Assembly: GCA_963665095.1 (NCBI GenBank)
Contig: OY762069.1
Span: 3,968,001 to 4,032,000 of the forward strand
Direction of reading: 5' to 3'
Length of the DNA stretch: 64,000 bases
Origin: an uncultured Desulfobacter sp.
GTDB lineage: Bacteria > Desulfobacterota > Desulfobacteria > Desulfobacterales > Desulfobacteraceae
In this document: piece by piece, positions 50,391 through 59,430 of the stretch
Layout: each line of letters begins with the position of its first letter
How positions within the stretch are numbered: the stretch's first letter is position 1
The notes under the pieces: model-generated
Seen by the model: only the letters and a program-made list of their open reading frames with translations
Databases searched by the model: none
Told to the model about the DNA's origin: nothing
Translations under genes and position numbers: made by a program

Positions 50391-50418
50391 TGAACCTGTT
50401 AAGCTGTTAGGTGAAAAA

Positions 50419-51363
50419 ATGACTGAAAATAAAATTGTAGAACTTGAAATTCGCAAAGGCATTGCCTACATCACCATCAACCGGCCCAAGGCAATGAATG
50501 CCCTGAATCCGGAAACCGTGGCACAGCTGGACGAGCAGTTCAGTGCGGCTGAAAAAGACGCCTCGGTCAGGGGAATCGTTTTCCAGGGCGCGGGCAAGGC
50601 GTTTGTGGCTGGTGCCGACATTAAATTCTTTCTGGACAATATTAAAAACAACCGGCTAGAGGATACCGAAGCCTTTACCCGGAAAGGGCATGATCTTTTG
50701 CTGCGCATTGAAAACTGTGCGGTTCCCACCATTGCCCTCCTCGACGGGCTTTCCCTGGGCGGGGGCAGTGAAATGGCCCTTGCCTGCCAGGCCATTGTGG
50801 CAACACCGGACGGGTGTCTGGGGTTTCCTGAAACCAGCATCGGCATTTTCCCGGGGTTGGGCGGAATGATCCGTTCCGCCCGGCAGATTGGAACGGATTT
50901 GGCCAAGTATTATGTATTTACCGGAAAGATGATCAAGGCCAATGATGCGGCAGATCTGGGGCTTTTTACCCGGCTGGTGGCCCCTGAAGAGGTTGAGGCG
51001 GCCATTGAAGATCTGTGCAGTGACAGCACCGACCTTGATAAATACCGGGATAGAAAACTTCCCGACAGGTTTGCAGGGAAAGCTGCCACCTGCTCCAAAG
51101 AAAATGTATCGCTCCTGCTCAAGGGTGAAAAACCTGCAGGCGTTGCGGACGAGCTTGCAGAAAAAACCGCAAAGATTATTTCCGTGAAAGCCCCGCTGGC
51201 CCTGAAACTGGCCAACGAGCTGATTGATGCCCAGCACAAGGTCAGCATCCCCGAGGCCATTGAACTGGAGCTTTCCAAACTGCACTATATTTTTTCCACG
51301 GAAGATGCCCTGGCAGGCCTGGCTTCTGTGGGACAAAAACCGCCCCAGTACAAAGGAAAATAA
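50419..51363 (+). CDS. enoyl-CoA hydratase/crotonase family protein
   Basis: ITINRPKAMNALN, AFVAGADI, GGGSEMALAC, FPETSIGIFPGLGG; start at 50419. Confidence 0.92.
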   Translation: MTENKIVELEIRKGIAYITINRPKAMNALNPETVAQLDEQFSAAEKDASVRGIVFQGAGKAFVAGADIKFFLDNIKNNRLEDTEAFTRKGHDLLLRIENCAVPTIALLDGLSLGGGSEMALACQAIVATPDGCLGFPETSIGIFPGLGGMIRSARQIGTDLAKYYVFTGKMIKANDAADLGLFTRLVAPEEVEAAIEDLCSDSTDLDKYRDRKLPDRFAGKAATCSKENVSLLLKGEKPAGVADELAEKTAKIISVKAPLALKLANELIDAQHKVSIPEAIELELSKLHYIFSTEDALAGLASVGQKPPQYKGK

Positions 51364-51511
51364 GCCGTCAATACGAGCTGGTGTCACAGCTGGTGTTCAA
51401 ACCGGCAGCCTGGGGCCAGCAGGCTTTCTGCGGCCCCAGGCTTAAACAAAAGTAAAAAAACAACTGGTAGAAAATCAAATCATTTAAAATTTTTTTAAAA
51501 GGATTAACCCC

Positions 51512-52705
51512 ATGCTATCAAAAGTATATATCCCTTACAAAGCTTACTACAGTACACCGTTTGCCCGCTGGCAGGGCAGTCTTTCCAACGAAAACGCCAT
51601 CACGTTGGGCGCTGAAACCTCCAAACGCTGGTTTGCAGAAAAAAATATTGATCCCAAAATATTTGATTATCTGGTCTTCGGCATTACCGTTGGTCAGCCC
51701 AAAACATTCTACAGTGGACCCTGGAGTGCCGCACTCATGGGTGCAGATCATCTCCCGGGACTCATGGTCAGCCAGGCCTGCTCCACTGCCACCATAGGTC
51801 TTTACACTGCAGCCATGGCCGTTGAAACGGGTTTTTGCAAAAACGCCTACACCCTTTTCGCCGACCGCTGCTCCAATGGTCCCCACACCATCTGGCCCAA
51901 CCCCAAAGGTCCTGGCGGACAGGTCGTCAGCGAAGACTGGATGATGGAACATTTTGCCAAAGATCCCTGGGGCGGCGTTGCCATGATCAATACAGCCGAT
52001 GCCGTGGCGGCCGAAAGCGGCGTGACCCGCGAGCAGTGCGATGAACTGGCCCTTCGCCGTTACGAGCAGTATACCGATGCCCTGGCTGAAGACCGAAAAT
52101 TCCAGAAACGCTACATGTTCCCTGTTGACGTGAAAGTTTCCAAGAAAAAAACAATTACCCTTGACGCAGACGAAGGCATCATGGCAACCACAGCCGAAGG
52201 TCTTGCAGGTTTGAGAACTGTTCAGCCGGACGGAGTCCATACATTTGGTGCCCAGACCCACCCCGCCGATGGCAACTGCGGCCTGATCGTGACCAATGAG
52301 GGCAATGCCAAAGAGTTGAGTGCAGACCCCAATATCACCATCCAGATCATTGATTATGGCTACAGCCGTGCTGAAAAAGCCCGCATGGCAAAAGCCCCGG
52401 TTCCCGCCGCCCAGATGGCGCTGGAAAACGCCGGCCTTAAAGTGGAAGATATAGCCGTTATCAAAACCCATAACCCCTTTGCCGCCAATGACCTTTATAT
52501 GGCAAAAGAGATGAAGATTGATCCGTTCAGCTTTAACAACTACGGTTCCTCTCTGGTTTTTGGCCATCCCCAGGCGCCCACTGCCGGCCGCTGCATCATT
52601 GAAGGTATTGAAGAGACCGTTATGAAAGGCGGCGGTTATATGCTCTTTACAGGATGCGCTGCCGGAGATACCGGAGCCGCCATTCTCCTGAAAATTAATT
52701 GCTAA
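51512..52705 (+). CDS. thiolase family protein (non-canonical motifs)
   Basis: QACST nucleophile Cys, HPADG, KTHNPFA, FGHPQAPT, GCAAGDTG. Confidence 0.88.
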   Translation: MLSKVYIPYKAYYSTPFARWQGSLSNENAITLGAETSKRWFAEKNIDPKIFDYLVFGITVGQPKTFYSGPWSAALMGADHLPGLMVSQACSTATIGLYTAAMAVETGFCKNAYTLFADRCSNGPHTIWPNPKGPGGQVVSEDWMMEHFAKDPWGGVAMINTADAVAAESGVTREQCDELALRRYEQYTDALAEDRKFQKRYMFPVDVKVSKKKTITLDADEGIMATTAEGLAGLRTVQPDGVHTFGAQTHPADGNCGLIVTNEGNAKELSADPNITIQIIDYGYSRAEKARMAKAPVPAAQMALENAGLKVEDIAVIKTHNPFAANDLYMAKEMKIDPFSFNNYGSSLVFGHPQAPTAGRCIIEGIEETVMKGGGYMLFTGCAAGDTGAAILLKINC

Positions 52706-52792
52706 CGTAAATCTTGAAACCCGCCGGTGCCTGAGGTACGGTGCCGGCGGTAACCTGACAACGACAGTTTATTTGAAAATAAGGAGTCCTAC

Positions 52793-54601
52793 ATGGCACA
52801 AATACTTGCCGATCGCAGGGATATCAGCTTTGTTCTCCATGAGATGTATGAAATTGGAAATTTGAGCGAACATGATAAGTTTGCAGATTTTTCTCCCAAA
52901 GTGATGGACATGGTGGTCAACGAGGCCAGAAATCTTGCGATAAAAGAGATCTATCCCACCTGGAAAACAGGTGATGAACAGGGGTGTAAATTTGAGGGGG
53001 GCAATGTCACCCTGCCTGAAGGATATAAAGAGGCATGGCAATGCCTTGTGGAGGGCGAGTGGCTGGCCATGGACCGGGCGGTTGAGTATGGCGGGCAGGG
53101 TATGCCTGAAACCCTGTCCATGGCGGCCCGGGAATACCTGGTGGCGGCCAATATGTCCCTTTTAATGCTGGGCGTACTCAACCATGGCAGTGGAAAAATC
53201 ATTGAGGTGTTCGGTTCCCAGGAGCAGAAAGATACCTATCTTAAAAAGGTTTACTCTGGAGAGTGGGGCGCCACCATGCTTTTGACAGAAGCTGAAGCCG
53301 GCTCCGATCTCAATGCCATGAGTACTACGGCCACAAGAAACCCGGACGGTACCTTTAATATTGTGGGCAACAAACTGTTTATCACCGGGGGGGATACGGA
53401 TCTGGCCGAAAACATAATCCATCCGGTGCTGGCCCGCATTGAAGGGGCCCCTGAAGGCACCCGGGGGATCTCTTTGTTTCTGGTGCCCAAGTTCCATGTC
53501 AATGCTGACGGCTCCCTGGGGGACCGCAATGACATTTACTGTACCGGCATTGAAGAGAAGATGGGCCTGCACGGCAGTCCCACCTGCACCATGGCCATGG
53601 GCGGCAAGGGGCAGTGTGTCGGCACCCTGCTGGGAGAGGAAAACAAGGGCCTTGCCTCCATGTTCCTGATGATGAATGAGGCGCGTCTGCTCACCGGCGG
53701 CCAGGGGCTTTCCTGTTCATCCGCATCCTACCTTCATGCCCTGGACTATGCCCGTACCCGGCTGCAGGGTGGAAAGATGGGGGATAAAGATAAAAAGCAG
53801 GTGCCCATTATCAACCATCCGGATGTCCGCAGGATGCTCATGACCATGAAGATGTATGTGGAAGGCATGCGCAGCCTTCACTACTTCATTGCCAGCAGTG
53901 AAGACCGGAAACACCTGGTGGATGATCCTGCCAAAAAGGAAAAATACCAGAACCTGATCGATATCTTGATTCCTGTGGCAAAGGGGTATGTCACCGACCG
54001 TGCCATTGATGTGTGCAACCTGGGTATCCAGATTTTCGGCGGATACGGTTTTACCCAGGAGTTCCCGGTGGAACAGCTGCTGCGTGACGTGCGTATCACC
54101 TCCATCTATGAAGGAACCAACGGGATCCAGGCCATGGATCTGCTCGGCCGGAAAATGACATTGAAGAATGGACAGCTTTTCAAGGATCTGGTCAAAGAGA
54201 TTGAGGCCACCATGGAAAGCGCCATGCAGATTGACCAGGTAAAGGATTTTGCATCCAAAATGGTGCCTGTGATGGAGAAATGGCAGCAGGCCGCCCGTCA
54301 CCTGGTTGAAACTGCCATGGGTCCGGAATTGCTTAAAGGCTACGTCCACGCCTGTCCCTTCCTGGATCTGACCGGTGATGTGGTCATGGCCTGGATGCTG
54401 TTATGGCGGGCGGTGGTGGCGTCTGAAAAACTGGAAGGAAAGGTAAAAAAGAAAGATAAGGCCTTTTATGAAGGTCAGATAAAAACCGCCCAGTTTTTCA
54501 TCCGTTCGGTCCTGCCGGTCAGTTCCGGTCGCGCAGACAGTATTTTAGATACCTGTGGCGCCCCGGTTGAAATGGAAGAAGACGGATTTGGCGGCAAATA
54601 A
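52793..54601 (+). CDS. long (~600 aa) acyl-CoA dehydrogenase
   Basis: TMLLTEAEAGSD, GNKLFITGG, IEEKMGLHGSPTC, IFGGYGF, IYEGTNGIQAMDL. Confidence 0.95.
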   Translation: MAQILADRRDISFVLHEMYEIGNLSEHDKFADFSPKVMDMVVNEARNLAIKEIYPTWKTGDEQGCKFEGGNVTLPEGYKEAWQCLVEGEWLAMDRAVEYGGQGMPETLSMAAREYLVAANMSLLMLGVLNHGSGKIIEVFGSQEQKDTYLKKVYSGEWGATMLLTEAEAGSDLNAMSTTATRNPDGTFNIVGNKLFITGGDTDLAENIIHPVLARIEGAPEGTRGISLFLVPKFHVNADGSLGDRNDIYCTGIEEKMGLHGSPTCTMAMGGKGQCVGTLLGEENKGLASMFLMMNEARLLTGGQGLSCSSASYLHALDYARTRLQGGKMGDKDKKQVPIINHPDVRRMLMTMKMYVEGMRSLHYFIASSEDRKHLVDDPAKKEKYQNLIDILIPVAKGYVTDRAIDVCNLGIQIFGGYGFTQEFPVEQLLRDVRITSIYEGTNGIQAMDLLGRKMTLKNGQLFKDLVKEIEATMESAMQIDQVKDFASKMVPVMEKWQQAARHLVETAMGPELLKGYVHACPFLDLTGDVVMAWMLLWRAVVASEKLEGKVKKKDKAFYEGQIKTAQFFIRSVLPVSSGRADSILDTCGAPVEMEEDGFGGK

Positions 54602-54732
54602 TAAAAAGGTAAGGGATGCGGGGCCGGCAATAAGAGTCTGTGCTGCTCATGTTGGGGGAACCGGCCCTGCATTTCATCCGATTATAGATTCAAATCCTGC
54701 TATTCTAAATAGGTTCTGAAAATTGCCGGGAA

Positions 54733-55182
54733 TTAAATATCCATTTGCAGGTTTATGAATTCACTTCTTTCAAATCCTAGGGTTTTGCAGAAAGAAAGAA
54801 GGTCCGTGGAGTCCCATCTAACAGAGGTATACACATTTTTGATGCCCATGGCGTGGTATAAGTTGAAAATTTCCTGGGCCATTTTTCTTCCAACCCCCTG
54901 GCCCATGTATTTGGGATGGACCCCCATGGTGGCAATGTATGCATTTTTATCCGCACCGAACCCAAGCGGCAGCAGGTAACTGATCATAAACCCGACAACC
55001 TGGCCGTTGAAAACCGACACAAAATGCCCCTCGTTTTTTTCCTGGGAGGCATGTTCCCGAACCACTTCCGTGAATTTGGGGCTTATGACTTTCTGGGTGA
55101 TCAGGCTGTATATTTCACTGATGGCATCGGCGTCTTCAGTCTGCAATTTCCGGACAGTTAATTCTAAAGTTTCTGGCTCCAT
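54733..55182 (-). CDS. GNAT acyltransferase, paralog 1
   Basis: VVGFMI, MGVHPKYMGQGVG (acyl-CoA motif A), LLSFCKTLGF. Confidence 0.9.
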   Translation of the reverse strand: MEPETLELTVRKLQTEDADAISEIYSLITQKVISPKFTEVVREHASQEKNEGHFVSVFNGQVVGFMISYLLPLGFGADKNAYIATMGVHPKYMGQGVGRKMAQEIFNLYHAMGIKNVYTSVRWDSTDLLSFCKTLGFERSEFINLQMDI

Positions 55183-55199
55183 TTTTCCCTCAGTTGATT

Positions 55200-55406
55200 T
55201 TATTCAATTCTGATGATTTTTACACGACGGCCGACCCAATCGGGAGGCAGATAAACCCTGCCGCTGTTGCCACTGAGTTTAACCTCCTTTTCGATCATTT
55301 CCTCTCCATAAACTTCAAATTTAACCTTGGTGGTCATACTTAAGTTTCCATCACCTGAAGGCTCATTATCTGGAGTGATCTGTTTTTTTCCCCCTGAAAT
55401 ATTCAT
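55200..55406 (-). CDS. small DUF2080-family protein (AbrB/MazE-like swapped-hairpin signature)
   Basis: KVKFEVYGEEMIEKEVKLSGNSGRVYLPPDWVGRRVKIIRIE; alternative start at 55337. Confidence 0.75.
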   Translation of the reverse strand: MNISGGKKQITPDNEPSGDGNLSMTTKVKFEVYGEEMIEKEVKLSGNSGRVYLPPDWVGRRVKIIRIE

Positions 55407-55575
55407 AAATTATGTAAACTTTCAATGTTGTGAACGAATGTGTAAAAGTGTTTTCAAAGACGCTGCAATCGTTCAAAAGTAGCAATTAATTAACCGAAAC
55501 AAAACGCATATCAAACCCAGTCGCTTGAAGATTTCCCTAACATCAACACATAGGCAAGTCAAGGGCTTTGTCTGC

Positions 55576-56028
55576 TTACAGATTATATTTTAAATTGATA
55601 AAATTACTGCTGTTGAACTCCACGGTTTTAAAAAAGGAGAGAAGATCGGCTGAGTCCCATCGTACAGAGGTATAAACTTTTTTAATTCCCGATTGCTGAT
55701 AGTATTTAATGATCTGTTCAATCATGGCCGCACCAATGGTCTGGCCCATATACCGGGGATGAATGCCCATGGTCGCGATATATGCACTCTCTTCGGCTTC
55801 AAATCCTAATTTGAGAATATAGCTGATGATAAAGCCGATTACTTCCCCTTCAATTTCAGCCACAAAATTCACTTCGTGGGAGTGGGTATAGCTGTGCCTT
55901 TCCACCATTTCTTCAATATTATTTTCTTCCGCAGTGTGCTGGGTAATCAGTTCAAAAATCCGGCTGATTGCCTTGGCATCCTGGGGCGTCATTTTTCGGA
56001 TGGAAATGGCACTTTTATCAATAGTCAT
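55576..56028 (-). CDS. GNAT acyltransferase, paralog 2
   Basis: FVAEIEGEVIGFII, MGIHPRYMGQTIG, YTSVRWDSADLLSFFK. Confidence 0.9.
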   Translation of the reverse strand: MTIDKSAISIRKMTPQDAKAISRIFELITQHTAEENNIEEMVERHSYTHSHEVNFVAEIEGEVIGFIISYILKLGFEAEESAYIATMGIHPRYMGQTIGAAMIEQIIKYYQQSGIKKVYTSVRWDSADLLSFFKTVEFNSSNFINLKYNL

Positions 56029-56053
56029 GTTTTCCCCTTCGGCCCTTTAGGTC

Positions 56054-56130
56054 GTGCCTGAACACAAACCTTCTGCTTGGGCGCAAAATTACCCATCTGC
56101 AGCAGCAACACGGCCGATGGGTAATTTGCG
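56054..56130. repeat. internally deleted, diverged copy of the interspersed repeat forming a hairpin
   Basis: GTGCCTGAAC terminus like 49139; arms CGCAAAATTACCCATC / GATGGGTAATTTGCG resemble CGTAAAGTTACCCACC of copy 2. Confidence 0.55.
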
Positions 56131-56138
56131 TACAGACA

Positions 56139-57404
56139 TTAGATGTTGCCCACGCCTTCACGTTCAAGGGTGTTCGCTGTAATGGCAACATTCTCCGCGT
56201 TTCTTCTTCGGTTCAGAATCATTTTGCTGATCAGCGCAAAACCAATGCCCATGAAACTTAGAATGCTTGCGATCATGAACGCCTGGGAATAGTTCCCGCT
56301 GCTGGCTTTCATGACGGCAGCAAGTCTTGGGCCGATAAAGGCAGCAGCACCAAAAGGCAGAAACATCACGCCGAAATTGACTGCCAGATTTTTGGGCCCA
56401 AAAGCGTCCGCCGTGATGGGGGCGATCATTCCCATAAAGCCGCCAAAACAGGAGCCTGCCACAAGCACGGGAACCACTACGGCAACCGGGGTGGTCGCCA
56501 GCCAGAGCATGGAGCCTCCCAGTACACTGTATATAATAAGGATGGACGGGATACGCCCGAGTTTGTCTGAAATAAACCCCCAGCCGGCACGGCCGCAGGA
56601 GTTAAATATGGCCAGGATCCCCACATAGGAACCGGCTGCTATGGCGGTAAATCCTCCCACGGACTGCAAAATGGGCGAAGCATGGGCCACAACCATTAAC
56701 CCTGCGATGCCGCCTGTGACATAAACAGCTGCCAGGCAGTAATATAAAGGATCCACCAGCATCTGGTTCCAGGTTTTGTCCACCACATTCAGATTTTTCT
56801 GCTGGGTTTCCGAGGGTGTCCAGCCTTCAGGGGTATAATCTGCCGGTGCCGTCTTAATCAACAAAGACAACAGGCATAATGTCACCAGATAAAGAATGCC
56901 AAGCATTTTAAAAGTGGGCAAAACAGAATAGCTTTTAATCATTATTGCAGCCACAGGTGCCCAGAGCAGTGCGCCGGAACCCACGCCTGCAGCCAGGACG
57001 CCGGATGCCAGACCCCGGCGGTCCGGAAAAAAGCGAACGATATTTGGCACCACGCCGGAGTATATAGTTCCCATGGATACCCCGCCAAGCACCCCATAAA
57101 AAAAGTAAAGCTGTGTCAGGCTGGTAACATAACCCACACCCAGCATGCCCACACCGTACATAATACTGCCGGTCAGGATAACGTATTTTGGCTGGACATA
57201 ATCCTGCAATTTTCCGGCGATGATAATGGGGATACAGGAAATCGTATGAAAAATAGCAAACGCAACAGAGACGTCTGCCACACTCCAGCTGAAATGTGCT
57301 GAAAGCGGATTGACAAACACACTCCACGCATATGTTTGACCGATAATAATGTTGATAATGGTACCAAATGCCAGGTAAAGCCAGCGCTTCTGTTCTGTTT
57401 TCAT
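56139..57404 (-). CDS. MFS transporter, OFA (oxalate:formate antiporter/YhjX-like) family
   Basis: YAWSVF, FFPDRRGLASG, GRAGWGFISDKLGR, FGPKNLAVNFG; about 12 TMs. Confidence 0.9.
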   Translation of the reverse strand: MKTEQKRWLYLAFGTIINIIIGQTYAWSVFVNPLSAHFSWSVADVSVAFAIFHTISCIPIIIAGKLQDYVQPKYVILTGSIMYGVGMLGVGYVTSLTQLYFFYGVLGGVSMGTIYSGVVPNIVRFFPDRRGLASGVLAAGVGSGALLWAPVAAIMIKSYSVLPTFKMLGILYLVTLCLLSLLIKTAPADYTPEGWTPSETQQKNLNVVDKTWNQMLVDPLYYCLAAVYVTGGIAGLMVVAHASPILQSVGGFTAIAAGSYVGILAIFNSCGRAGWGFISDKLGRIPSILIIYSVLGGSMLWLATTPVAVVVPVLVAGSCFGGFMGMIAPITADAFGPKNLAVNFGVMFLPFGAAAFIGPRLAAVMKASSGNYSQAFMIASILSFMGIGFALISKMILNRRRNAENVAITANTLEREGVGNI

Positions 57405-57497
57405 TCTTTGCCCCCCATCATGATTGAAAAGTTGATTGTGAAAAGTAAGAAGATGTAACTATAAAATGTATACAATACAGCTTCTTTATAAGAAGAA

Positions 57498-57514
57498 TAA
57501 TTATATTGTAGCTA
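57498..57514. promoter_or_regulatory. 17-bp palindromic operator (MFS promoter)
   Basis: TAATTATATTGTAGCTA, 6 nt from a minus-strand TTGACA (57521-57526). Confidence 0.65.
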
Positions 57515-57681
57515 TAATGTTGTCAAGAATAATTTTTAGCAGCAGCGTTGCGAAACCGCAGACACCTTTTTAAATTGGGTCACCCTGAAGGGCAGTGGAT
57601 ATAATGGAGATATGATAAAGAAAGATAACCGTGATTGCCGGGAACAGGCTTAATCAAAGCCTGCTTAGGCCGGCAGGATCG

Positions 57682-58308
57682 TCATAGAATTTTCTTAGGC
57701 TCATTTTTCCTGAAAAAACTTTTAATCCTTCTAAACAGTGCTTTGATTCCCCGCCATATTTTAGGCAGCAGCCAGGCAACCAGGCAAAGAAATCCGATCA
57801 AAAGAATTAAAAACAAAATAGGATAATGAAGGGCTGCCAGAATGCCACCAATGACGGCCACATCCTCCAGCACGGAGGCAATCCAGTTGGAAAAGGGTTC
57901 AGGCGAGGCATTGATGAGTATCCTGGAACCGGATTTTGTCAGATGACTGCCTGCGGCCAGTCCACCGCCCATTATCCCTGCGGCAAGAGACAAAGCAGGG
58001 TTGACATCCCCCACTGCCCCTGCTGCAATCATCACCCCGGCCGGAATCCGGATAAACGTGTGGATGGTATCCCACCCCGTATCAACACCTGGTGTTTTGT
58101 CTGCAAAGAACTCTACACAGTACATGAATCCGGACGCCCACAGCACCACAGGCTCGGATAACATTTCAAGGCCCTGGGGCAGCACCAGGTTACCGGTGGC
58201 GTCCAGAAGCCCCAGGACAAATACCGTGGCATACAGATTGATGCCGCTGGCCCATGCAGCACCCATGCTCAAAGATATGGTTTTAACAATCTGATCAAAG
58301 GATTCCAT
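57682..58308 (-). CDS. DUF4126-family membrane protein
   Basis: AWASGINLYA, EFFADKTPGVDTGWDTIHTFIRIPAG, SPEPFSN..S..ED. Confidence 0.85.
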   Translation of the reverse strand: MESFDQIVKTISLSMGAAWASGINLYATVFVLGLLDATGNLVLPQGLEMLSEPVVLWASGFMYCVEFFADKTPGVDTGWDTIHTFIRIPAGVMIAAGAVGDVNPALSLAAGIMGGGLAAGSHLTKSGSRILINASPEPFSNWIASVLEDVAVIGGILAALHYPILFLILLIGFLCLVAWLLPKIWRGIKALFRRIKSFFRKNEPKKIL

Positions 58309-58534
58309 GGCTTAAATTCCTTTTGTTATTTTCCACGGATCAGGCAGGGGGGGCGCTTTAATCCGGCCCACTGCCCAGTCGATTCTTTAAGGATACCTTT
58401 ACCGGCGAATTTAAAAAACCTTAAAAACAATAAAACTGAAACCGCTCTGCGCTGTTAATGTATCAAAAAGGCGCCATTTTACCGTTGATTAATGGAAATC
58501 TGGCATTTAAAATCTATTATCCTTAAAAAGTTAA

Positions 58535-58563
58535 GTAACCATTGGCCTAACCTGTTCGTTATA
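58535..58563 (+). promoter_or_regulatory. ECF-type promoter (probable autoregulation)
   Basis: GTAACC(58535-58540)-N16-CGTT(58557-58560)ATA, the AAC/CGT signature, about 40 nt upstream of the operon. Confidence 0.6.
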
Positions 58564-58602
58564 CTACCAGTGAAGATCAGATAATTTTTTAAAAGGGCTG
58601 AT

Positions 58603-59430
58603 ATGAAACACATTACAATCATTATATCTTTATTATTCAGTATAATAACCACGGCAGGTGCAGCAGACCCAGGACCGCTTTCTACAGAAGAGCTCCGGCA
58701 AGTGCGCACACAGGCCCGGGAACTTACCAATGCCGGGATTCCCGAGTCCGCTGCCGTTGAAATGCTGACAGCCATGGTGCAAAACAGATTTTCCAGTGAC
58801 GCTCAATCCCAGGCCCGGAATATCGTGGCAGCATCTGTTAAAGCGGGACTGCCCCATGGCCCCCTGATTGAAAAGACAATGGAAGGAATCGCCAAAGGGG
58901 CCGGCGACAAACAGATAGTCAGCGCCTTGCAGGCCGTGGCAGACAGGTATGCAAACAGCTTTCAGATGGCCCGGGAATTAAAACAGTCCGGACAAAAGAC
59001 AGACAGGTTATCGGAAATAATTGCCGGGTGCCTTGCCTCGGGAATGGAACCCGGTGACATGAAAGGCCTGGCCCGAACAATTTCTGAACAGGCAAAAAAT
59101 AACCAGGCTGACCCGGAAACTGCCATCCGGACCATGCAGGTGGCACGGACTATGGCAAGACGGGGTGTAAAATCAGGTACAATTAAAGATGTATTAACCA
59201 CTGCTGTAAAAACAGGGATGTCAATGGAAGAGATGGTACAGTTACAGCAACAGGAAAGGCATCAATTTGAAGGAAATCAAAATTCAAAAGCCAGCGGTAA
59301 CCAGGGGGGTAGTTCAGCCGGCCGGGGTGGATCAGGAAACAGCAGCGGTGGCCAGGGAGGATCAGGAGGCAGTGACGGAGGTGGAGGGAAAGGGGGAAAC
59401 GGTTCAGGCGGATCCGGCCGGGGCCAATGA
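58603..59430 (+). CDS. exported alpha-helical repeat protein with Gly/Ser-rich tail
   Basis: Signal peptide ending AGA; repeated G(I/L/M/V)P-type helical units (GLPHGPLIEKTMEGIAKG); GGSGG low-complexity C-terminus. Confidence 0.75.
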   Translation: MKHITIIISLLFSIITTAGAADPGPLSTEELRQVRTQARELTNAGIPESAAVEMLTAMVQNRFSSDAQSQARNIVAASVKAGLPHGPLIEKTMEGIAKGAGDKQIVSALQAVADRYANSFQMARELKQSGQKTDRLSEIIAGCLASGMEPGDMKGLARTISEQAKNNQADPETAIRTMQVARTMARRGVKSGTIKDVLTTAVKTGMSMEEMVQLQQQERHQFEGNQNSKASGNQGGSSAGRGGSGNSSGGQGGSGGSDGGGGKGGNGSGGSGRGQ

